Shown here piece after piece: positions 30,101 to 37,943 of a stretch of 64,000 nucleotides of DNA. The DNA lies in assembly GCA_032128875.1 (NCBI GenBank), contig JAVLKG010000001.1, positions 768,001-832,000 on the forward strand, in the 5' to 3' direction. The stretch comes from Candidatus Melainabacteria bacterium 17Bon1m. Its GTDB lineage: Bacteria; Cyanobacteriota; Vampirovibrionia; Obscuribacterales; Obscuribacteraceae. Below the pieces are notes generated by a model. The model did not search any database. It was not told the origin of the DNA and was given only the letters and a program-made list of their open reading frames with translations. Within the stretch, counting starts at the first letter, position 1; the number at the start of each line of letters is the position of its first letter. The position numbers were made by a program, and so were the translations under genes.

Positions 30101-32203
30101 TCCATGGGTAAATCGCCTGACGGACAAGCAACCATCGTTGGTTCACCAAGAGGTGTTGCTCACGTTCGTTTCGGCGCCAATGCCACGCAAGAACAAAAGG
30201 CTATGCAAATTGCCTCAGCCGGGTATGCACAAACCATGACCGATGACGCTGAAGCATTCGATGCAGCACGTCAATCTGCAATCGACTCCGGCGCTGACCA
30301 GCCCAAAGGTTTCGCAGATAGAGTTGCAGGAAACTGGCTGCAATACAAAGGCTCGAGCTGGAGAGAAACCTACCGCGCCAAGCGTCAGTTCCAACAAGCG
30401 ATGTTCTCGGAAGCTGTCAGCGGCGCTCAAGCGTACGTGACCGGCGACGAGGCAGGCGCCAACGCATTCACCGATCACCTGCGCACACGTTTCGGCGATA
30501 TGACTCCCGAAAAACAAGCCTGGATGATGCACACATTGACCGACAACACATCGCCAGAATCCGGCTTCGGTACAGCTCGTTGGCCCGCAACGGACGCCTT
30601 GGTCTCTGCCAACATGGGCATCGATCCATACAACAGAGCAGCAATGGCCAGAGTACTCGGCACCAACATTCCAGTGTGGCAGCGTCCGCTCGCCGCCAAG
30701 GGTATCGCCAACTACATGAAGGGTGTAGTCGACGAGCGCGCAACACCAGACACGACCAACGAAGAAAGAGCAGCAATGGCCGGTGGTTTGACTGGAAGAC
30801 TGTCTCCAGCCATCGTAGATGCTTGCGCAACAATCCAGCAGTTCGACGCATCGCCTGAAGCGACCTTGAAGAATCCGAACTTCGTCAACGCCGTTGCTAT
30901 CAGAGGCGCATCGTACGCAAGAGATCCCAACGTACAAAACCCGATGAGACAAGCCTACGACGAAGAAATGCTCAAGAGCAGAATGTTCGGCGGCGGCGGC
31001 TCAACCGTAACAACTCAAGTATCCGGCAGCATCATCGGTGGTGGTGGCGGCGGTGGAGACAACGGCGGTGGCTACAGCAGAGTAGTCGATCTGCCTCCTC
31101 CAACCGATGGCGGCGGCGGAATGGGCGGCGCTCAATTCTCCGGTTCCTTCAACGTACCGCCACAACGCGGAACCACTCAGCAAAATCTCACATACCGTGT
31201 CAATCCGGGTCAATCACGTGGCGTAAGCAACGGTGCTGTACCGAACTTGACCGCAGAATCGCTGCAAGGCAGAACCGAAACTCAAGTCAATATCGTCAAC
31301 CCGCAAGCCGGCAATCAGGTTGTGAACTTCGAAGCAGAAGCTATCGTTCAACAATCCAACTCCGCATTGCCGCCGGTAATCAACCAAGGCTTGATCCCGA
31401 GAGTGCCGACCAACACAGTCAACGTCGTCAACGTCAAGCTTCGCCATCAGCAAGGCAACGCCAACGGACAAAACATCAGCATGTCCGTAAACGGCGAAAC
31501 CCAAGGGTCATCCGACGTCCGCATCGGCCGCGTCACTGAATCCGGCAACAACCAACCGCAAGTGATTCAATCCGATGCTACCGTAGAAGTTCTGCACAAT
31601 GGTGGCGGAGACAACGGTGGAGCGATTCAGCAAGCTGTGTCCTCAGTAGCTCAAACAGCTCCTGCAGCACTGCCTCCTGGTGTAGACATCTTCGTTGAAA
31701 TGCAACAATCCGGTTTCACCGATGCACAAAGACGCGATCCCAACATCGTTGCCGGCGCATCGCAAATCTACAACGCTTCCGGTGGTGACAGACAAGCGAT
31801 GGTAACGGCAGCATTGACTGCACGTGCTCTTGGTTCTGACAGCGGCAGCTTCGGTATGAAGTCTGTACAAGTTGTTCAAACCATGATCGACGCAGGCTGG
31901 AAGCCGAACCAAATCTCTGCTCACGATATTCATATCGCTGAGATGATTGTCGACCACGGTGGTGACACTGGCGCTGGACAAGGCGGCGGATATCCAACTC
32001 CTCAGTACGTCCGCGCAATCAGCGACCACCCAGAATATCGTCAAACGCCTCCTATCGGTAGCGGAATGAGCTATTCGCAACTGAAGCAAAACAACATGAA
32101 CGTCGTTAACCAGCTTGCTCAACAGCGTTATGCACAGCGCACTCAGCAAGGCGGAGTAGATGGCTACCCGCGCCTGGGCGGCAATCCCGGCGGTCGCTTC
32201 TAA
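27137..32203 (+). CDS. Extended VirB6/TrbL-like T4SS inner-membrane protein (1688 aa)
   Basis: Signal peptide; multi-TM block at about aa 190-455 with a TrbL-like YMFGPIFLVFFATP...SLWTFVW segment; about 1200-aa hydrophilic G/Q/N/T-rich tail. Confidence 0.7.
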   Translation: MNKGNKLRKRTIKALFALFMTLTPMFVFVGSALAQTREPTLSDSLPVDPGVGNLSQGAQQTQNTVPSAYADAPGEVPLVYTAATNNTTGVIQNVTNTLLGTGELGYINDTYMGIKRFWGDDIIGNLFQNIGQLLGKWISEWINGWVADTVRFLTAFLRTFVLNPNIAVNGIQNGPGAGQADDISPYIRAAADVMYGIAVDLLLLLFILCIWKFWAEASWRGGGGLMGSVGRLIFTAGLLLAWPTIYAFIIQITNEMIQAIYFNSADDIMRLDAAMASAVKGGLMAGAGLLAHAFAPIVGGAAGGLALGLVGEIVAFAGLVIYLIIGGILIAQLIYILVLKAIQTALLTAQYMFGPIFLVFFATPDTENVATGYVKSFVEVSLWTFVWVGLLKIMVIILFSDFNPWGKIIMAIGVLQLMIQVPSFLARAQISPMSDFVSAGLITGGLLGMGKALANKGGDLMDRFSKWRGSLQDGGARGPQQTQSVKMNGLPHAPQDPEAFNKIQNAAKGDLNNGNKPGDKTKTENPNGQNLKPLTEADRKKQEEEEKKKREALKNGNGMPEQAKAVTGADGTTTAVPPKKGDLAEGLKDGLKGGLAAAGVGAVLAGAQASDAQKKNQTGTTASEQAAKDRANEMAAMFGLDTSGQGQQAGQQAQKPMTEKEKEDAEKAKAAAALGVKDSKLQVQDKTKTDGKTKTDEKKNENAVPVLPPASGLPGAKKGEGVVPPLNAVGADGRPLKVTEKGDGTGTDKGVNQVEAEQKNETETAGLNAQRDTNLRVNQTDDKKGVAGKTGEPKLTTDAKDLTGKNAAQGRNGVGPVVPPLTPPKGDAAGTGANQGQNLNNGKTTETLQGGPEQGATGTQEHEQIVSLGQGVNGQGINLRVTQTPINAGGRTPVNQQTAQVVPPSRQAGTMGQQTASPISGAAANLGQTTAAAATMGNPDVTTMNVPEALQDIAGPGKVDPFTAFDHSGYGGVAPNIMAKLIRTYDGVSMGKSPDGQATIVGSPRGVAHVRFGANATQEQKAMQIASAGYAQTMTDDAEAFDAARQSAIDSGADQPKGFADRVAGNWLQYKGSSWRETYRAKRQFQQAMFSEAVSGAQAYVTGDEAGANAFTDHLRTRFGDMTPEKQAWMMHTLTDNTSPESGFGTARWPATDALVSANMGIDPYNRAAMARVLGTNIPVWQRPLAAKGIANYMKGVVDERATPDTTNEERAAMAGGLTGRLSPAIVDACATIQQFDASPEATLKNPNFVNAVAIRGASYARDPNVQNPMRQAYDEEMLKSRMFGGGGSTVTTQVSGSIIGGGGGGGDNGGGYSRVVDLPPPTDGGGGMGGAQFSGSFNVPPQRGTTQQNLTYRVNPGQSRGVSNGAVPNLTAESLQGRTETQVNIVNPQAGNQVVNFEAEAIVQQSNSALPPVINQGLIPRVPTNTVNVVNVKLRHQQGNANGQNISMSVNGETQGSSDVRIGRVTESGNNQPQVIQSDATVEVLHNGGGDNGGAIQQAVSSVAQTAPAALPPGVDIFVEMQQSGFTDAQRRDPNIVAGASQIYNASGGDRQAMVTAALTARALGSDSGSFGMKSVQVVQTMIDAGWKPNQISAHDIHIAEMIVDHGGDTGAGQGGGYPTPQYVRAISDHPEYRQTPPIGSGMSYSQLKQNNMNVVNQLAQQRYAQRTQQGGVDGYPRLGGNPGGRF

Positions 32204-32244
32204 AGCGAACTACTGAATCAAGATCTACTGAATCAAGATCTACT

Positions 32245-32269
32245 GTAGGGTCGACGCCATGCGTCGACC
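32245..32269 (+). repeat. REP-like palindrome, family A
   Basis: GTAG-GGTCGACGC-CAT-GCGTCGACC; preceded by a 15-bp tandem duplication CTACTGAATCAAGAT (32210-32239). Confidence 0.8.
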
Positions 32270-32379
32270 TTCTGTATGAGCGGTTTCGTGCTCCGGCGGG
32301 GCATGTATCCTTGCTCCGGACGGATGCAAGCATAGTCCTTCGCTCGGACACCATGCCCCGCATGTCTAGCTACGGCCTG

Positions 32380-32436
32380 TTAATGCAGCCTCTTAATGCC
32401 GCCTCTTAACGCAGCCCGTTAATGCAGCCCGTTAAC
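32380..32436 (+). repeat. 13-bp tandem repeat x4
   Basis: TTAATGCAGCCTC / TTAATGCCGCCTC / TTAACGCAGCCCG / TTAATGCAGCCCG. Confidence 0.85.
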
Positions 32437-32741
32437 CGTCTGTTTTCAACACTTCAACCATGTAACAAAAATCTGGAAAGTATTACATTCCCTGAAGAAT
32501 CCAACGCCCAACCTGTGCGGGTTTTGCTAAATGTGTAAAACGTTTTCCCTCTCCCCTCTTTTGAAAAACCGCATGGGCGCCGGTCTTGTTGCTTGATGCC
32601 TGTAACAAAAATCTAGAAAAATGTTACCGATACCATGCGCGTAAACGGCTGTAGTCTCAGACGAAAAATGATCCGCGCGCACGGCATGCCTCCAGAATTA
32701 ATGCGCGATCTCGCAAAAATAATCTACGCGACGCGCTCGTC

Positions 32742-32852
32742 GAGCGAAAAATTTATCCGCACTTCGAGCGAAATTTATCTGCGCTGCGGGCGAAATTTAT
32801 CTGCGCTGCGAGCGAAATTTATCTGCATCGCGAGTCGAAATTTATTCGCAAC
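32742..32852 (+). repeat. About 22-bp tandem direct repeat x5 (iteron-like)
   Basis: Units start at 32742, 32766, 32788, 32810 and 32832; consensus GAGCGAAATTTATCTGCGCTGC. Confidence 0.85.
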
Positions 32853-33096
32853 GAGAAAAGTGACCTCGCAATTTGTCTTTTGCCTGACGTTTTTAATGCG
32901 TCTGAAAAGGCGATTTCTAGTCGTCGCTTTTGTCCCAAAACCCCGAATTTAACGCGCTTTTCGTAGTTCCCCCACAAACAAACATCCCAACCATGGGAAT
33001 TACCCCACCAAAGTGGGAGAAACCCTGATTTACCCATGGTGGAGAAAGTCTTAATGTATATCTAGATTGGACCGCTAACACCCCGGCAAATTGGCA

Positions 33097-33834
33097 ATGC
33101 AAGACATCTACAAGCAATTCGAAAACTTCATTCTCCAGACGGTTTCAGTGCAATGCCCTGAATGCGAAGTAGTCTTCGCAACCGACATGCTGGCGCACAC
33201 GCCCAACATGACGAAGGACACACCGGTTGAAACCGACCTGCACCGCATTCTTCCGCATCCATCGGTGCGTGCTGCTCTGATCGCAATGTGCCCGGCATGC
33301 CTGTACACCAACTGGTACAGCTCGTTTGTGGAAGATTCGTTGATTCCCTTCATGGCAGTCGCACCTGCTGAAGTCGCGTTCTCCAAGAAGTTTGCACACG
33401 CTGTTCTCACCGGTCGCAAGATCGGTGCTCACCATATCGACCGCGCGCTTTTCGCGCTCAACGGCTCCTGGTGCGCACGCGAGGCCGGCGAGCCCTTCGA
33501 GAAGTGGCTCGAGCTGGCTGGGCAAGAACTGGAAGCCGCCCTCGCCGATGAATCTTGGACAGGCAACCGCAGCAGATACCAGTACATCATGGGTGAAATC
33601 TGCAGACTGTTAGGCGATTTCCACGGCGCGGTAAGACATTACAACCAGGTCGATCGCAAATCACAGCTTCCGAAATCGCTAGTCGATCACCAAAGACAAG
33701 AGGCAATCAACGGCAATTCCAAGCCAGTTCAGCTGCCTCCAGAATACGTCGAAGCAATATTCTTCCCAAAACCAATCAATCTCGACGAACTCCTTGGACC
33801 AATGCCTCAGACAAACGAACTGAAAACATCGTAA
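33097..33834 (+). CDS. DUF2225-like protein (CxxC/CxxC zinc site plus TPR-like helices)
   Basis: CPEC...ETDLH...MCPACLY, followed by helical region SWCARE and YQYIMGEICRLLGDFHGAVRHY. Confidence 0.7.
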   Translation: MQDIYKQFENFILQTVSVQCPECEVVFATDMLAHTPNMTKDTPVETDLHRILPHPSVRAALIAMCPACLYTNWYSSFVEDSLIPFMAVAPAEVAFSKKFAHAVLTGRKIGAHHIDRALFALNGSWCAREAGEPFEKWLELAGQELEAALADESWTGNRSRYQYIMGEICRLLGDFHGAVRHYNQVDRKSQLPKSLVDHQRQEAINGNSKPVQLPPEYVEAIFFPKPINLDELLGPMPQTNELKTS

Positions 33835-33918
33835 AACTAAAGAAGGCCAATCTAAACTAAGAATAGAAACAAAGAATAAAAACGAAGAATAGAAACAAAG
33901 ACTGAGTAGACGAAAGAA

Positions 33919-34257
33919 ATGGAAGACATCACACCACTTAACCTAGAAGATGCACCAAAGCTGTTCGGCTTACGCTATGACCAGCTCATCGCGCTTCTTG
34001 CCGGATTGATCGTTTCCACCCAGCTCTATTCCTGGCTGAATCCAATCATGGTCGGCTCCCAAGACATCAGGCTCCATATCTCGCTGATTATCGGCGCCTT
34101 CGGTCCCATCTACTGCTTGTTCACCCTCAATCATTCAAGCGGTTACTGGGAAACAGTTCTCAATCATTACGTTTCATCGCAAGTGTACGTTCCTGGCCCG
34201 GATCCGAATCCGGTCCGCTTTTTGGTAGACGAAGACCTTATCGATTTTTGTGAGTAA
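33919..34257 (+). CDS. PrgI/VirB3-like small membrane protein
   Basis: PKLFGLRYDQLI resembles the PrgI K-x-FGL-x-x-x-QL motif; two TM helices; overlaps the start of the VirB4-like gene. Confidence 0.7.
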   Translation: MEDITPLNLEDAPKLFGLRYDQLIALLAGLIVSTQLYSWLNPIMVGSQDIRLHISLIIGAFGPIYCLFTLNHSSGYWETVLNHYVSSQVYVPGPDPNPVRFLVDEDLIDFCE

Positions 34258-37069
34258 ATCACCTATGTCATCGGCAATCACCCGCTCCTACAGCAAAGAA
34301 AACGGACTTTTGGGTCTCTTCAAAAGAAACTCGAACCCGGAAGGTGGATTGAGCAAAGAAGCTCAAGCCAAACTTCCTGCACTGGCAGTGCCGAGAGCAC
34401 ATCCATCGGCTGCCGGTCTCATCCCAATTTGGGACTTGTTTCATGATGACGATTCCGGTCTCGGCGTTATCGTTCTCAAAGATGGCAGCTACCGCTGCTG
34501 TTTCGAAGTAGATGGCGTGCACGTGAGCGGCTTCGACGAAATCCGTCTGGTTTCTTTGATGAACCACTTCACCGGATTCTTGAATGGTATCGATACATCA
34601 GTCCAACTCACCGTTGTTTGCCACAACATCAGTAAGCGTGATTATTTCGCAAAGCACCCAGTAGAGGTCGTAAACGATGATTTCCTCAAGTATGTCGCAC
34701 GAGTTGTCGAAAACGATGAAGCTTTCCTTCTCTCCAAAAACTTCGTGCCTGAGCTCAAGTTCTTTGTCACTTTCTGCTACAGACCACCTCGCGAAAAGCC
34801 AGCCAAAGAGAACATGGTCGACTCGACAGTCCGCCGCGTGCTCGATGTCTTCACCAACCAGGCCGCTCGCCAGACTGTAGGCGCTCACTTCAAGAACGTC
34901 ACTACGCTCATTCAACGCTCCTTCGGTTATGCCGGTCAGCTGGGCAATTGCGGTATGAGCGCTCGCCCAATTGGAGCAGTCGAATACTTCCACATGCTCT
35001 ACAAAGAGCTCAATCCGAAATTTGGACAAGACCAAGAAGAGTTCTTGCCGATGCCGCAGCGTCCCAAGACCAAGCCGCTTCCGAGTGGTCTGCGCCGCGT
35101 TTTCCCTGACATGGAGCCAGCCTCCATCAGAGAGCAGTTAGTCGAATCGAGATATGACTTCAGCAAGCCTGACTATGTGACCATCGACGACTATACTGAA
35201 ATTGACTCCGACAATCATAATGAAGAGCCGGGTCGCTATGTCCGTACTCTTTATATGAATCGCTTGCCTGAGCGCACCGGTCCGCTCTGGCTGCAGCCTT
35301 TGCTTCGCTTGAACTGCAACTGGAGACTGAACATCTACGCTCACAAGCTGGACAAAGAAGTCTTCCGCAAACAACTGCAACGCAAACAAGCCCAGGCTCA
35401 CGCCAACACCTATCAAGGAATCATGGGACCGCGCTCTGCACCTAACCAGGAAGAAGCGGAAAAGGCGCAAGAAGCAGCCAACATCGGCTCCGAACTCTAT
35501 ACGACCAACGTTGAAGTTTTCAATTACGCCGTTTATTTCACCATGATGGGCGACACTTTGGACGAGCTGAACCGCTCGACCGAACTCGTCAGAACCGCAG
35601 GCGCTCAGTGCCGCGGCGCTCGCTTCATCGTCGGCTATCACGAGCAAAAGAGTTTGTTCGTCGGCAGCTTGCCTGGTCTGGGTATTGATGTAACCCGCCG
35701 CGGCAAGATTGCAAGAACACCCACGGTGCGCAACTCATTCCCGTTTGTTCATGCCAAACTCGGCTCTGAAGACGGCGACTGGTTGGGCTTCTCGAAAGAG
35801 ACTCTCGAGCCTGTGTTCTTGAATCCGTACAACGAAAAACTTCCAAACGCTCTCTGCATCGTCTTCGGTCAACCTGGTGAAGGTAAATCCATGGTTGCCC
35901 AGCAGATCATTCAGATGAAGACGCTCGCCGGCGCTAAGTCGATCATTATTGACCGTTCTGGTTCATACAAAATGCTTACCGAAGTCTATGACGACTCGGC
36001 GTATATCAAACTCGGTCCGGACGGCTCCGTCTGCTTGAACCTGTACGATTTACCTCTGGAAGGCGTCGACGGCAAGCCGATCGATCCAGCCAATCCACCA
36101 GAATCGCACATCATCAAGATCTTGAACTTCCACTCCGTCATGCTGGGCGAAAAGGGCGAACAAGCTCTCACCAAAGATGAAAAGCCGGTTCTTATGCAAG
36201 GCATCCAGTCGATCTATCGTCTGGCTGCAGAGCAAGGTCGCATTCCGATCGAGTCTGATCTCGTCGCCTGGTTGCAAACTGAGTCCATCAATACACAAAA
36301 CACCAAGCGCCGCGAAACCTGTGAAGACCTCGCCAACCGCTTGAGCCTCTACTGCCGTGGAGCAATCTTCGGCAAATTGTTCGACGGACCGACCTCGCTT
36401 CCGCTCGATGCGCAGATCATGGTTTTCGACACGTCCGAATTGGCGCACGACAAAACTCTCGAAGCTGTAGTAACACTCTTCGTTTCCGACTTTGTTCTGC
36501 GTCGCGCTCAACAGCACAAAGCCGAGCAAATGAAGAAAGGTCAACCTTCCCGCTTCGTTTTCTGCATAGACGAGTTGTGGAGACTGCTGCGCTACGAAGG
36601 CGGCAAGACCTTGGTTGAAGATGCTTCCCGCACCAGCCGACACTTAGGTCTACTCTTCATCGGTATCTCTCAAGAATTGGGTGACCTTTTGAGAGATGAC
36701 AGAGCACGTACTTTGGCTTCCAACAGTTCTATCAAGATCATCCTCGGTAACGACCCGAGCAACTTCGATCTTATTCGTGATGCTTGCGGTTTGACACCAC
36801 AAGAAATGTCCGCGATTGCTCACTTGACCCGTAAGAACCGTGAGTATTCCGATGCATTTCTCGTCTATCACAAGCTCTCACGTGGTGTTGTAAAACTGGT
36901 TGTGCCGCGTTTTATGTACTGGGTAGCAACGACTGAGCCGAACAACGACCAGCCGATGCGCGCCAAGATGATGGAAAAATGTGGCGGCGACCCGCGCTGG
37001 GCATGCCACTTGCTCGGACAGGGCTACCACCCTGACACCGTGCCGGAGCATCTGCTCACACCGCAATAA
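34250..37069 (+). CDS. virB4: VirB4-family type IV secretion ATPase
   Basis: 939 aa; Walker A FGQPGEGKS, IIIDRSGSY, LNLYD, GKLFDGPT, Walker B FCIDELW, RTSRHLG..ISQ; N-terminal IVLKDGSYRCCFEV resembles Gram-positive-type VirB4 systems. Confidence 0.9.
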   Translation: MSKSPMSSAITRSYSKENGLLGLFKRNSNPEGGLSKEAQAKLPALAVPRAHPSAAGLIPIWDLFHDDDSGLGVIVLKDGSYRCCFEVDGVHVSGFDEIRLVSLMNHFTGFLNGIDTSVQLTVVCHNISKRDYFAKHPVEVVNDDFLKYVARVVENDEAFLLSKNFVPELKFFVTFCYRPPREKPAKENMVDSTVRRVLDVFTNQAARQTVGAHFKNVTTLIQRSFGYAGQLGNCGMSARPIGAVEYFHMLYKELNPKFGQDQEEFLPMPQRPKTKPLPSGLRRVFPDMEPASIREQLVESRYDFSKPDYVTIDDYTEIDSDNHNEEPGRYVRTLYMNRLPERTGPLWLQPLLRLNCNWRLNIYAHKLDKEVFRKQLQRKQAQAHANTYQGIMGPRSAPNQEEAEKAQEAANIGSELYTTNVEVFNYAVYFTMMGDTLDELNRSTELVRTAGAQCRGARFIVGYHEQKSLFVGSLPGLGIDVTRRGKIARTPTVRNSFPFVHAKLGSEDGDWLGFSKETLEPVFLNPYNEKLPNALCIVFGQPGEGKSMVAQQIIQMKTLAGAKSIIIDRSGSYKMLTEVYDDSAYIKLGPDGSVCLNLYDLPLEGVDGKPIDPANPPESHIIKILNFHSVMLGEKGEQALTKDEKPVLMQGIQSIYRLAAEQGRIPIESDLVAWLQTESINTQNTKRRETCEDLANRLSLYCRGAIFGKLFDGPTSLPLDAQIMVFDTSELAHDKTLEAVVTLFVSDFVLRRAQQHKAEQMKKGQPSRFVFCIDELWRLLRYEGGKTLVEDASRTSRHLGLLFIGISQELGDLLRDDRARTLASNSSIKIILGNDPSNFDLIRDACGLTPQEMSAIAHLTRKNREYSDAFLVYHKLSRGVVKLVVPRFMYWVATTEPNNDQPMRAKMMEKCGGDPRWACHLLGQGYHPDTVPEHLLTPQ

Positions 37070-37117
37070 CTGCGCACAAATTCAAAGTTCTAAAAATCAG
37101 ATAACAGGTTCAAGACA

Positions 37118-37777
37118 ATGTTCGACTATCAAGCAGGAGAAAAATACAAACTGACACTAATCATGGTGGCAATCGCCGGCATGATGGCAGGGATGTTTTT
37201 CACAGTTCTGTTGATGCCGACCCCGGAGCCTGCTCAAGCTCGCAAGCGTGCACGTCAGCCCTGGATGGACAATCCGGATGTGACTGGCGGACGCACGCCC
37301 GCACCTGGCGCTGCACAAGCTGCCGGAGCTCCAACCGAGCTGCAGCAAAAAGCACAAGCCGCGGCAATGGCTCAACCAGCTATCAAAACTGACCCTGTTA
37401 CTGCACAAACTCTCGTCGAAAAATGGCTGCCATTTGCATTCGACTTGAGTTCTGGTTCTGCCAACGACAGCCAGGAAAAGGCTATCGCCTGCATGACTCC
37501 TGAATGCGCTCAGTCTTATAGACAAAGTGTTTGGACTCCGGAAGTTGCACAGCAAATTGCCGCATCCGGAATGAAGAGCAGTTTCCGCGCCACCAAAGTG
37601 ATCGCCGGTGCCCACCAAACTGACGGCTCTATCGTCATTACAGTGGAAGGCGAACAGATTCTCTCACCACCCGACCAACCATCAAGACAACGTAACGTTA
37701 AATTCGAGTACCTACTTAAGCAGACAACGGACGGTATGAAGATTTGCGGAATCAGCGAAGTCGGCGCTGGTGGCTAG
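37118..37777 (+). CDS. VirB8/TcpC-like bitopic membrane protein
   Basis: Single N-terminal TM, Pro/Ala linker, then a helix-then-strand domain consistent with an NTF2-like fold; position between virB4 and virD4. Confidence 0.55.
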   Translation: MFDYQAGEKYKLTLIMVAIAGMMAGMFFTVLLMPTPEPAQARKRARQPWMDNPDVTGGRTPAPGAAQAAGAPTELQQKAQAAAMAQPAIKTDPVTAQTLVEKWLPFAFDLSSGSANDSQEKAIACMTPECAQSYRQSVWTPEVAQQIAASGMKSSFRATKVIAGAHQTDGSIVITVEGEQILSPPDQPSRQRNVKFEYLLKQTTDGMKICGISEVGAGG

Positions 37778-37943
37778 TTTCAGCCTTTAGATGTTCTTGA
37801 AGGGCTGAAAGCGTTAATCGCGATTGCATGCGGGAAACCGCATACTTTGCGCGAAACACGAATGAAATTCTGAGCAGAAATATCTAATATATCGGTCAAG
37901 ATGGCCGTTTAGCAGCCGAAAATCGGCTTAAAGGGACAAAGAA

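Noticed and set aside
28514-30127. 537-aa antisense ORF and similar shadow ORFs across 27-45 kb
   Set aside because: Fully overlap long sense-strand genes; explained by biased codon usage; no recognisable motifs
32742-32852. CRISPR array
   Set aside because: Repeats are directly adjacent with no unique spacers, and no cas genes are present
32635-32952. 105-aa ORF in the large intergenic region
   Set aside because: Runs through 22-bp repeats that are not a multiple of three, lacks an RBS and has no protein-like features
33859-33901. 17-bp direct repeat AAGAATAGAAACAAAGA as an att site or target-site duplication
   Set aside because: Low-complexity A-rich copies only 9 bp apart with nothing inserted; likely slippage
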